A DNA stretch of 64,000 nt, taken from NCBI GenBank assembly GCA_963716985.1, contig OY970323.1:1024001-1088000 (forward strand), read 5' to 3'. Numbering within the stretch: position 1 is the first letter of the stretch; every line of letters begins with the position of its first letter. The translations under genes and the position numbers were made by a program. This document shows positions 29,627-38,918 of the stretch, in pieces. Origin of the DNA: an uncultured bacterium. Lineage in GTDB: Bacteria; Chlamydiota; Chlamydiia; Chlamydiales; SM23-39. The notes beneath the pieces were generated by a model. It saw nothing but the letters and a program-made list of their open reading frames with translations, searched no databases and was not told the DNA's origin.

Positions 29627-30407
29627 TTTTTCTCTCCTTTCTGACACGGGGATGATTTTCTAAGGTATCTTTTAAGAATTTAATGATCGGATCATCGATC
29701 TGCATAAAGCTATCGGGATCGGCAATATAAAGAATTTTTCCGTCTTTTAAAAGAGCGATGCGGTCGGCGACAAAAAGGGCCGAGTGGATGTCATGCGTGA
29801 CGATGATGCTGGTCCCTTTGAGCTCATTTTGCGTTTTGATGATGAGCTCATTGATGGTTTGAACGGTAAGAGGATCTAAGCCCGTAGTGGGTTCATCATA
29901 AAGAAGAATGCTGGGACGATAGGCAATGAGGCGGGCAAGGGCGGCCCGTTTTTTCATGCCTCCGGAAAGATCGGAGGGCATTTTCTTTTCCGTGTTTTCG
30001 AGCCCTACCATAGAAAGAGATTCTCTGACGCGTGCTTTGATTTCTTCTTTTGAGAAAAATTTCCCCGAATGGGGGTCGGGATTATGCTTTAAGTAAAAGC
30101 CCGTATTTTCTTCGATGTTGAGAGAGTCGAAAAGGGCGGACCCTTGAAAGAGCATTCCCATGTTTTTCACGGCGTCTGCATACTCTTTTTTCTTTAATGC
30201 CGAAATGTTCACGCCGTCGATTTCTACGCATCCCTTGTCCGGTTTTTCAAGGCCGAGAATCTGGCGAAGGAGCACGCTTTTCCCAATGCCGGACCGTCCT
30301 AATATAACGATGATTTCCCCTTGCAGGATCTCCAAAGAAAGACCTTGCAAAACCGGGTTTTTCTCATATTTTTTCCAAAGATCTTTGATCTGGATCATTG
30401 TGCCCAA
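29619..30407 (-). CDS. mlaF: MlaF-type ABC ATPase
   Basis: GRSGIGKS, FQGSALFDSL, LSGGMKKRAALAR, LYDEPTTGLDP, VTHD. Confidence 0.92.
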   Translation of the reverse strand: MGTMIQIKDLWKKYEKNPVLQGLSLEILQGEIIVILGRSGIGKSVLLRQILGLEKPDKGCVEIDGVNISALKKKEYADAVKNMGMLFQGSALFDSLNIEENTGFYLKHNPDPHSGKFFSKEEIKARVRESLSMVGLENTEKKMPSDLSGGMKKRAALARLIAYRPSILLYDEPTTGLDPLTVQTINELIIKTQNELKGTSIIVTHDIHSALFVADRIALLKDGKILYIADPDSFMQIDDPIIKFLKDTLENHPRVRKERKNV

Positions 30408-31207
30408 TTGTTGAGAATGCTCGTATGAATCGAGTTTAACGCCATCGTCAGGAAAAAGTCGAAGACCAGGATCGTCACATAACTGATGACAACGCTTGTC
30501 GTGGTGGCCCTCCCGACCCCGGCAGCGCCTCCCTTTGTTTTCATGCCCTTATAACAACAAATGGTCACTAAAAGAATTCCAAAGATAAAAGATTTTGTCA
30601 CTCCCATGGTGATGTCAAAGGCGGAAATCTGAATTTTCATGGGATCGAAATAGCTCGAGGGGGTCATGCCGAAGAAATCGCAGGCGATGAGGTAGCCGCC
30701 AAAAATTCCTAAGATCATGCTGAATATGGTAAGCAGGGGGACCATGAGAAATCCCGCAAGAAAACGAGGGGCGATGAGATAGCGATTGGGGTCCACGGCC
30801 ATCGATCGAAGCGCATCGACCTGCTCGGTGACTTTCATCGTACCGAGCTCGGCTGCCATCGAAGAGCCCACCCTGCCGGTGACCATCAAAGCTGTCAAAA
30901 CGGGGCCCAGTTCCGTGATCATTGCTTTTGCTACCATGATGCCCGTGACTCCGGCCAAGCCCTTTTCGCTGAGCTGGTAGAAAGATTGTGCTGCCAGAAT
31001 GGTCCCGGTGGAAATGCCGGTAAACGAGACAACGTTCAATGAGGTAACGCCGATTTGGTAGAGCTGTTCGCGCAATATGGCCCAGGAGGGCGGTCGTTTA
31101 AAAATGGTGATGAATACGTCGATAATCAGCGATAGATACTCTCCAAAGGCAGAAAAGATCTGCACTGCCTTTTCTTTGAACGTTTGAAAGAATCCCTCGC
31201 TTTCCAT
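30395..31207 (-). CDS. mlaE: MlaE-type ABC permease
   Basis: ELGPVLTAL..TGRVGS..AAELGTMKVTEQ.DAL, GA.GVGRATT.SVV. Confidence 0.93.
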   Translation of the reverse strand: MESEGFFQTFKEKAVQIFSAFGEYLSLIIDVFITIFKRPPSWAILREQLYQIGVTSLNVVSFTGISTGTILAAQSFYQLSEKGLAGVTGIMVAKAMITELGPVLTALMVTGRVGSSMAAELGTMKVTEQVDALRSMAVDPNRYLIAPRFLAGFLMVPLLTIFSMILGIFGGYLIACDFFGMTPSSYFDPMKIQISAFDITMGVTKSFIFGILLVTICCYKGMKTKGGAAGVGRATTTSVVISYVTILVFDFFLTMALNSIHTSILNNWAQ

Positions 31208-31520
31208 AAAAAGTCCCTTAAAATCGCATTGTACGTAAAGCATCTTTTCAAAGCAAAACAATCTATAGTGAATGATTCGCATGAGAAAACTCATGGCGAA
31301 ATGAGAAGTTTTTTTCCGATTTTTTGCAGATCAAAGATGGTTTTTAGAGGAGGAAAAAATCTGCCCCTCCGGAAGGAAGGGAGGGGAGATAGCAAACAGT
31401 ATCAAAACCCACAATCCTTCAACCTGAAGTCCCAAAGATTTGGCTACTTCCAATATCGGAACAGTGCTCTACGTTATGATCGGGCCTCTCATGGAGCAGA
31501 TGCTTTATGGGCAATTCTAA

Positions 31521-31832
31521 CTATACGGCCCTTCTGAAATTTGGAATGAGATCTAATCCGCGAATTAGAGTCATGAAAGTCTTGAGTTCAGGATTGCCAT
31601 CCGAAGACAAAGTATGGTAAATCTGTTCTCGTCTTAAATGGGTTTTTTTCGCTAAATTACTTTTGCCACCTTGAGCTTCAGCAACATTGCGAAGAGCAAG
31701 CAGGAAAAGATGTTGCGACTCTTCCTCTCCCTTAAGACATTCTTCCCATGCGGCATTTAGATAAGCAACAGCCTCTTCCTCGTCTTTCAAGGATTCGATA
31801 AGTTCATCTTGATATTTTCTGCTTCTTTTCAC
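31521..31832 (-). CDS. HTH addiction-module antitoxin (orphan)
   Basis: L.D.EEA..YL.AA, LLALRNVAEAQGG..LA....L.RE..Y..LS..GNP.L.T. Confidence 0.85.
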   Translation of the reverse strand: MKRSRKYQDELIESLKDEEEAVAYLNAAWEECLKGEEESQHLFLLALRNVAEAQGGKSNLAKKTHLRREQIYHTLSSDGNPELKTFMTLIRGLDLIPNFRRAV

Positions 31833-31884
31833 CCGAAACCTCCTTATAATCTTTTAAATAGCCATAAGCTAACTCTACTTCAGA

Positions 31885-32240
31885 ATAAACCAGTTTCTGA
31901 GAGGGCATTACACCTACTATGGCTTAGGAGGCAATCTCAAAGCCCTGAGCAAGATCTATCGCCATGCAGAAAAGTCATGGAGGACAGCGCTCAGCAAGCG
32001 AAGTCAAAAGAGTTATGTTACATGGGCGAAATTTAATCGACTAAAGGCGCTATACCCAATTTTAAAGCCAAGCTTGAAGATTCCATATGGAAAGATGCAA
32101 GCATTGGCAGTCTTGTAAACCAAACTTTGAAGAGCGTGGTGCGGGAAATCCGCACGCCACGATCGTTGGGGTTGGAGTTATGCAAATAGCTCCTTCTACC
32201 CGGCGACCGAGCCCAAATAGGGCTCCTCCCACTCGGCAAT
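31885..32240 (+). mobile_element. Group II intron 3' remnant (maturase domain X tail, DV, DVI)
   Basis: Frame 31885-32118 reads INQFLRGHYTYYGLGGN...W...LSKRSQK..VTW.KF; DV gagcgtggtgcgggaaatccgcacgccacg at 32132-32161; branched DVI-like stems follow. Confidence 0.88.
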
Positions 32241-32259
32241 GCTCTTAAGCGGAGAAAAA

Positions 32260-32745
32260 TTAACCAATGCCGCGTACGGATTCTTGAAAAGCACGGGCCG
32301 CAGCCGCTGCCGCTTGCTGGACTGCATCTTCGGCAGTTTTGGCAGAAGTGGCTCCCTGTCCTTGCTGGTTCGAGATCTTTGTGTTTAGGATTGTGGCGTC
32401 TCCATCGGCTCGGACTTTCTTAGGATCCGCATAGATTTTGGTCGCTGCTTGTCCGATCTCTGATCCGGTCTTTCCAATCGCTACTAAAAAGTCTTGCGCG
32501 GTTTTTCGGTCCGGAGTGTTGCAAACCCCATAGGCAAGCATGTTACAGCCCACAACCATCGTAAGCGTAACGGCAAGTGTGGTAACTGCCTGGAGGCGCG
32601 AGGCGTAAGCTGAGTCTCCATATTTTTCTGAGAGATTCGTTAACTCCTTATGCAGTTCGGCAGCCTGAAAGGTTTTTAGCTTGGCTGCGGACGCGTGCGC
32701 TTGGGAAAGAACTTCCCCAAGTTTATATTGGGATTCAATGGTCAT
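32260..32745 (-). CDS. Putative type III translocator (CopD/YopD-like position)
   Basis: One hydrophobic segment, Ala/Gln-rich amphipathic C-terminus, last gene of the lcrH operon. Confidence 0.55.
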   Translation of the reverse strand: MTIESQYKLGEVLSQAHASAAKLKTFQAAELHKELTNLSEKYGDSAYASRLQAVTTLAVTLTMVVGCNMLAYGVCNTPDRKTAQDFLVAIGKTGSEIGQAATKIYADPKKVRADGDATILNTKISNQQGQGATSAKTAEDAVQQAAAAAARAFQESVRGIG

Positions 32746-32763
32746 AACACTCCTCCATGATTT

Positions 32764-33780
32764 TTACGTTGGTTGGACGGCAAGTTTTTGACTTGTAATG
32801 TAACTTTGCAATGCATCTCTGCACGATTCGTTTAATGTACGCTGCGTGTCCGCAGTTTCTTGAACAGCGCGAGTTGTTTCATTCACACGATGCTTGTAAA
32901 GAGCCGATGCGCTTTCGGACTGTTTTCCCTTTTCTTGCATCTGATAGGTATGCGCAGTGTCGATACCGCTTTTGATGCCGAGAAAGACGGATGCGACATT
33001 GATCACAGTCGATACGCCGGAGAATAAAGTGGAGACTTCGGGCCCTAGCTGCCCAGTCCAAAACTGGGGATTGGACACTTGAATGGTCGTTGCCGAAACG
33101 CCGAGGCTGACCAGTCCTAAAAGCGTCGATCCGATCGAGACGCTTTTTTCTAAAAGAGAGGCGAGTTTGGCTCTGTTTTCTTCGTTGTCGGTCACAAGGC
33201 CGGCAAACCAGCTCCATCCCCCGGAAAGGGACATCCCCTGGTTGAAAAGAGCGCCGGATCCCGAGAGCAACAGAGCGTAGGTGAGATAAGCGGTGGCAGG
33301 TCCGGCCCCGGAGATAGTTGCGGCGGTAAAAAAGGTCATGGCCGATGTGAGAGTAGAGGCAATTTGTCGATAGCTGTCCCAATAGGAGGCCCTCTCTTGC
33401 TGTTCTACGAGCGCTCTTTGTTTTTTCGCCCACTCGAGGGCTAGCGTCTCGTGGCGTTTTGTCGCTTCTGTTAATTCTTCTGCTTGGCAGTGGTTCAAAC
33501 GGCCAAGCGTCTCCTCGGCCCCGATTTGGAGCTCCATCAGATCAAAGATCGGAGGATGGGTTTCTTTCTCGGATGATGGCGGGGGGAGTTTAGGGCGGGA
33601 AGGGGGGGAGGGCGATAGAGCATCGAGTGAAGAGGGTGGGGCAATTGCGAGCCGGTCTTGAAAAACGGGGCAGCCGGCCGGCGTTCCTAACATTGCGGGA
33701 GGCGGTAGTTTTTTTGAATTTTCAATGGCCTCTAGAAGCGGGCTTTTTTCTGCTTCGATGGCAGAAAGGGATCTAGGCAT
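32764..33780 (-). CDS. Putative type III translocator (CopB/YopB-like)
   Basis: Pro-rich N-terminus with P.L.PP-like chaperone motifs, coiled coil, long hydrophobic region; directly downstream of the chaperone. Confidence 0.65.
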   Translation of the reverse strand: MPRSLSAIEAEKSPLLEAIENSKKLPPPAMLGTPAGCPVFQDRLAIAPPSSLDALSPSPPSRPKLPPPSSEKETHPPIFDLMELQIGAEETLGRLNHCQAEELTEATKRHETLALEWAKKQRALVEQQERASYWDSYRQIASTLTSAMTFFTAATISGAGPATAYLTYALLLSGSGALFNQGMSLSGGWSWFAGLVTDNEENRAKLASLLEKSVSIGSTLLGLVSLGVSATTIQVSNPQFWTGQLGPEVSTLFSGVSTVINVASVFLGIKSGIDTAHTYQMQEKGKQSESASALYKHRVNETTRAVQETADTQRTLNESCRDALQSYITSQKLAVQPT

Positions 33781-34165
33781 GGGGCGGCTCCTCTTCTAAA
33801 TGGTTCTGGCTTTTTAATGCCTGGATTTTTTCCAGAAGATCTCTTGGAGGATGGCATTTTTCAGCAGCTAAGAGGGCTTTGAGCGCTTGATTTTTTTCAT
33901 TTTGGGAAAGTAGACACTCGGCTGCATGAAAATGGGGCAGGGGATTTTCAGGATCTAACGTGGCCGTGATGCTCCAGGCGGTGAGCGATTTTTTGTATTC
34001 GCCTTTGACTTGCCAAGAGGCGGCAAGGCCAAACCAGTGGCTCGCTCGATCGGCATCAAGCAGGACAAGGCAAGAAAAGGCTTGAATGGCTTCATCGACA
34101 TGCCCCTTTTCATAAAGGAGGCAGCTTGCCTGATAAAGATCCTGATTGTGCGGATGGATGTTCAT
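33773..34165 (-). CDS. lcrH: SycD/LcrH-family TPR type III chaperone
   Basis: LY..A..LY..G..EA...F..L..LD....W.GLAA..Q....Y..., P.P.FHAAEC. Confidence 0.88.
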   Translation of the reverse strand: MNIHPHNQDLYQASCLLYEKGHVDEAIQAFSCLVLLDADRASHWFGLAASWQVKGEYKKSLTAWSITATLDPENPLPHFHAAECLLSQNEKNQALKALLAAEKCHPPRDLLEKIQALKSQNHLEEEPPHA

Positions 34166-35193
34166 CTGCCCTGGCCCATGCGTTCCAAGACATGTCTCAA
34201 AAATTCCTGATAGGCTTTCAACGCTGCTAGCATGGCCTCATCGATTAAGCGCTGCTCGGATTGAATCCCTTGCAGTCCTGTCAACTCTTTGTTGGCGTCC
34301 TGCGGGCCCTGTTCGCACCGAGTTGTGACCACCTGTTCTAAGTCTTTTAACTCTTTTATGAGCTGTTTGATCTCCGCTTTCGACCGTTTGGTAAAATCAT
34401 AGCGCCCTTTTCCTTCTTTTTTGAGAAGTTCGCTCTGATCTTTTAATTCTTCAAGGGCGGCGCACTGTTTCAAACGGGAAGAAAAATCTTCTCTGGTTTT
34501 TGGCACAACGGTTTGATCAAAAGTGATGACGTAGGAGCCGGCCCCGGCGGAGCCAACCCCGTCGGATCCGGATCCGATGGATCTAGATCCACTGGCTAGG
34601 TCTGCTTTTGCTTTCAGGGCGGAAATGTCATAGCCATGATGTTGGAGCACAACTGCGAATTCTTCGTTCAAAACAAGGTCGGATTTTTCGACCCTCTCTT
34701 TTTTTGTCAAAGAAAGGTGTTCTTGGACGGCGGGGAGGGAGAAATCAATCGACTCGATGGCGGGCTCTTTTCCTCCGGGAGTTTCCAGTTTTGTTTTTTC
34801 TCTTTTCAATCTTTGCCGAAGCTCGATCAGGTAATCCAATTTGCCATAGATCTCTTTTGCTTTACGTATGATCTCCCCTTCTCTTTCGTGCAGCTGTTTT
34901 TGTTTTGGAGCGTAAAGAATATCCAGGACCTCGTAGACCATATTGTAGCCAAAGGGATGGGATGTGTGGGGGGAAAGGGAAGCAGATTCGATAGTGCCCG
35001 ACAAGGAGGCCGGAGGTGCCGCAGAGGGAATTTTCAGCGCGCCGGCAGCAGCTTGGTGAACTTTTAGCTGTTCGCGAGTTAAAGGGAGCGTTTCACGGCT
35101 CTCTTGCTGCAGTTGATTGTAGAAGGCGGCGATGACAGGATGCTCGTCAGTTTTTTTCTTCTTGCCTATGCTTGCGACTTTTCCATCGTCCAT
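34162..35193 (-). CDS. Hypothetical coiled-coil protein heading the translocon operon
   Basis: 343-aa ORF overlapping the lcrH start (ATGA). Confidence 0.7.
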   Translation of the reverse strand: MDDGKVASIGKKKKTDEHPVIAAFYNQLQQESRETLPLTREQLKVHQAAAGALKIPSAAPPASLSGTIESASLSPHTSHPFGYNMVYEVLDILYAPKQKQLHEREGEIIRKAKEIYGKLDYLIELRQRLKREKTKLETPGGKEPAIESIDFSLPAVQEHLSLTKKERVEKSDLVLNEEFAVVLQHHGYDISALKAKADLASGSRSIGSGSDGVGSAGAGSYVITFDQTVVPKTREDFSSRLKQCAALEELKDQSELLKKEGKGRYDFTKRSKAEIKQLIKELKDLEQVVTTRCEQGPQDANKELTGLQGIQSEQRLIDEAMLAALKAYQEFLRHVLERMGQGR

Positions 35194-35403
35194 TTTATTT
35201 TTCCTTTGTTAATTTTATGCGGACATAGCTTTCTCTCTTTTTCGATTCTAAATTAAAAACAAATTAAAAGCTATGCTATTAATTGTTTTAATGAAGAAAG
35301 AAAAAGTTGGCAACTAAAGATAAGTTTTGCATCTCTTTGAAAAAAAATCTAGAAGAAATTTCCTTTTTTTTTAAGTTTATGGATCAACGGAAGTTAAGAC
35401 TTA

Positions 35404-36449
35404 ACGCGATGTGCGAGTTTTTCAAAGCAAAAAATCACACGTAAAAAAATAATTGAAAAATGACAAGTCCTTACTGCACACTGTTTTGCGACAAAACAAC
35501 AACAGGAGTTCAGGACATGTCGATTGATGATTTTATCATAACCACCTTTTGTTTGATAGATGATGAGATGAAGAAGGTTCTTGCAGACGAGAAATTTCGT
35601 CAAAGAGGTCCCTCGCCTAGATTGAAAGACAGCGAGGTTATTACGATGGAGGTCGTTGGAGAATTTTTTGGAATGGACCGTGACAAAACCATTTGGGAAT
35701 ATTTCAAAAGGCACTGGTTGCATTTCTTTCCAAATATTCCTGCACGTTCGAATTTTGTCAGGCAAGCGGCCAACCTTCATGTAGTAAAGCGATTGTTACA
35801 AGAGAGTTTAGCAACTGACCTACATGCTCTTTCTGATTCATTGCACATAATAGACGGGCTTCCTATTCCAGTTTGCAAATTTGCCAGAGCTCACTTTAGC
35901 AAAAATTTCAAGGGCGACGCTGCATATGGATATTGTGCTACAAAAAAAGAGCACTTTTATGGTTTTCGAGGCCATGTTGTCATCAGTTCAATAGGGGTGG
36001 TGACAGCAGCTACATTCGCCAAGGCAAACATTGATGAGCGCGATGTGTGTCCTGAGATTGTGGAAAAAATCGGAGGGCTTTTGTTGGGAGACAAAGGTTT
36101 TATACGACCTGGATTGAAAGAGTTGCTCAAAAAACAAGGGTTGTACTTGCAAACTTCGCTGAGAGAAAATATGAAAGATGAAAGACCGAAGAAATTTTTG
36201 AAATGGCTGGTAGGGACTCGGCGACTGGTTGAAACAGTTATAGGGCAGCTCAATGATAGATTTCGGATTGAAAAAGTATGGGCGCGAGATTTATGGCATC
36301 AATTTTCAAGATTTTGGAGAAAATTACTGGCGCATACTGTCGGCATTAAACTTAATGTAAACGCAGGGAACGAGCCTTTACAGTTTGACCAGTTGCTTTG
36401 TTCTTAAAAGCATAGGCGATTTTTCGCTTTATAAACTCGCACATCGCGT
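35404..36449 (+). mobile_element. IS982-family element, copy 1 (1046 bp; transposase 35517-36407)
   Basis: Terminal IR ACGCGATGTGCGAGTTT; 6-bp TSD GACTTA; IDG.PIP.C, GY......YG, GDKG, R..VETV..QL motifs. Confidence 0.95.
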
Positions 36450-36452
36450 GAC

Positions 36453-37514
36453 TTAAGTCCGCTGTTCATATTCGGCCGCAAGCTGGCCGCAGGCCGCGCC
36501 GATTTCACTGCCGAAGGATTGACGGATCGTTACGTGAACGCCTTTTGTTTCTAACAGTTCTTTGAAGGAGAAGAGAGAGCTTTTTTCGGTCTTGTGAAAG
36601 ATCGTGTTTTCATGCAGCGGAGGGTTGTAGCGGATCAGATTCACGAGAAAGAGGTGGCGCAGATTTTTCCTCTCTAAAAGAGAGCAGAGCTTTTTGGCAT
36701 GGTCGAGCGTGTCGTTTTTCCCGGAGAGCACCATATAGGCGATGTAGGTTTTCTTGTTGGTCTTCAGAATATGCTCTTCCAGTGCCTGGAAAAGCTCTTC
36801 GATCGGGTATTTGTTGTTGAGAGGAACCAAGCTGTTTCGCTCTTCATCAAAAGGGCTGTGGAGGGAGAGCGTTAAGCTGATTTGGGGAAATGCATTCGTC
36901 AGGCGGATCATTCCCTCGGGTATTCCAACGGTGGATAGGGTGAGCCTTCGTTCGCTAAGGCCCATCAATTGCGGATCGGTGAGGAGTCGGAGTGCATCGA
37001 AAAGATTGGGGTTCAGAAAAGGCTCCCCCATCCCCATAAAAGCTACGTTGCGAACCTCCTGATTGTTTTTCATAAAGAAGAGCGGCTGGTCCGCGATCTC
37101 GTCGGACGATAGGCTGCGCCGGAAGGAGATGCGGCCCGTTGTGCAAAAAGCGCACGCACACTGACAGCCTACTTGAGAGGAGATGCAAAGAGAGGTGTGG
37201 TCATTTTGGAACTCCATGCGGACAGCTTCAATGCGGTTTTTGTCAAAAAGCTCAAAGAGAGCCTTGGAGGCTTGGGTCACTTTTTGCGTTTTGGATAGGC
37301 GCAAGGTCAAAATCTCATCCCCCAAAGAGGCGATGATGGCGTCTCTCAAAGATTTCGAGAGGGTGGTGATTTCGCTATAGCGAAGAGCTTTGGTCTTAAA
37401 AATCGCATGTGCGATCTGCGCTCGTCGATAGGGCTTTTCTTCTTTGAGCAAAGAAGCGAGGACCTCGAGTCGAGAGGGTTGTTGGGCGGGAGTTTCTGTA
37501 ATATTTTCTTGCAT
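36453..37514 (-). CDS. Cfr/RlmN-family radical-SAM 23S rRNA methyltransferase, Cfr-like
   Basis: CISSQVGCQCACAFC, MGMGEP, SLHSP, VNLIRYNP, AACGQL; Cfr-type segments throughout. Confidence 0.88.
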   Translation of the reverse strand: MQENITETPAQQPSRLEVLASLLKEEKPYRRAQIAHAIFKTKALRYSEITTLSKSLRDAIIASLGDEILTLRLSKTQKVTQASKALFELFDKNRIEAVRMEFQNDHTSLCISSQVGCQCACAFCTTGRISFRRSLSSDEIADQPLFFMKNNQEVRNVAFMGMGEPFLNPNLFDALRLLTDPQLMGLSERRLTLSTVGIPEGMIRLTNAFPQISLTLSLHSPFDEERNSLVPLNNKYPIEELFQALEEHILKTNKKTYIAYMVLSGKNDTLDHAKKLCSLLERKNLRHLFLVNLIRYNPPLHENTIFHKTEKSSLFSFKELLETKGVHVTIRQSFGSEIGAACGQLAAEYEQRT

Positions 37515-38081
37515 AGGGCATCTCAAAAAACAGGCTCTTATTGTGGTCTCTTTTTTCGTAGAAATCAATTCTTTCCGCCATTTGAAAAAAATATTTCTAA
37601 GCGGGAAGTGTTTTTTAAAAAAACACCTGAATCATTTTTTTATTTTTTGAGTTGATTGCGAAAAATTCGTTTATCGACGGTGGCAATGCGCTCATCCAAT
37701 GCTGTCAATTTAAGAATTCGAGAACTCTTCTCAAGAGGCAAGCTCTTTGCAGCAAAAAGAGACCTTTTCAACTAGCGGAAAATGGCTTCTGCTTTATTTT
37801 TCTCGTTTCCTTCTCCCAACTGTTTGCCTATACACCCGTGAACGCGTGCCTTCTTTGACCTTAATTAAAATATTCAATCAATCTAAATCATTTATATTCA
37901 CTGACATGCGCCCATCCATTAAGTCGACTCCTCTTGGTTATCAACAACTTATGATTACCAGAAAGAGGACATTTCTAAAAAACGGAAAGCGGACATTTTA
38001 AAAAAACGCTAATAGTTGCTTTACAAATTATTTTATTATTGTTATAATTATGTTATAAAAAATAAAATAGACGGAGATTTT

Positions 38082-38414
38082 ATGTCAGTCGTGGAAAGCG
38101 ACAGTGCAACAGTTGCGTGCAGTAGCAAAACAATAACCATTCGTTTATTTGATAATAAACAAACACTTGCGATTGGTATAGTTAATAGCGTTTTTACAAG
38201 CACTTTGAAATACATCAATTATTACGGCTGGTGGTTTCTAGCACTTCTCAAGTGTTGGAGGCTTGGTAAGGAATACACAATACTAAAACGTAATGTACGG
38301 TTCGAAAAACCAGGTTCGGACGAATATTCGGACGAAGTTGAAAAGAAGTATTTTGTTGTGCTCAAGGAGGACGTTGAGAAACCAATTTACGCAGAGGATG
38401 ACTCAAAGACGTAA
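38082..38414 (+). CDS. Small hypothetical protein (AT-rich)
   Basis: ATG after GGAGA RBS, 110 aa. Confidence 0.5.
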   Translation: MSVVESDSATVACSSKTITIRLFDNKQTLAIGIVNSVFTSTLKYINYYGWWFLALLKCWRLGKEYTILKRNVRFEKPGSDEYSDEVEKKYFVVLKEDVEKPIYAEDDSKT

Positions 38415-38449
38415 GTATATGTGATTTTTGGTACGCGTTCAGCCCCCAC

Positions 38450-38790
38450 AGGGCTGGCGCCCCGTCTTTTGATGACAATACACGCTTCTCTTGAATAATA
38501 TCCACGGGCGCATTTCCAAATTGTGGGTAGCTCAGGCGATGCATAAGATTCCTCCTTCGTAAACCGCTCTTTTTAACGATTCCCATCGACCGGCCTTGTA
38601 ATAAGCACGTAATAGCAATATTTCCTCAGCCGTGTCCTCATTCCAAAATATGCAGGGCTTTTCAAACGTAAGTTGATCACTCTTCGAACAGCACTTTCTA
38701 TAGCACCACTGCCTATCGGCATGTGCAATGCTCGCATCGCCGCGTAATCCATCCTGTGACGGTTCTTCACAAAATATTCTTGTTCTCCGA
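38450..38790 (-). pseudogene. ISKra4/ISLre2-type transposase C-terminal remnant, frameshifted
   Basis: YF..NRHRMDY......PIGSGAIESA.RRVIN.RLK, continuing in another frame as W.E..AE.IL.LR...K.GRW. Confidence 0.8.
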
Positions 38791-38918
38791 AAAGCCCAAA
38801 CTTCAACTCATAGAGAAAGTCACTGAAGTTGGGTTAAGTTGACAACAGTGGGCGCTCATCTGGATTGTTTTTGATCAATGAGGACGCTTCTTGAGATCGA
38901 ATGTTTTCCAACAAATTT

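Noticed and set aside
31362..31390. SRP RNA-like tccggaaggaag
   Set aside because: Lacks the flanking CAGG/GCAG helix; better explained as a simple hairpin
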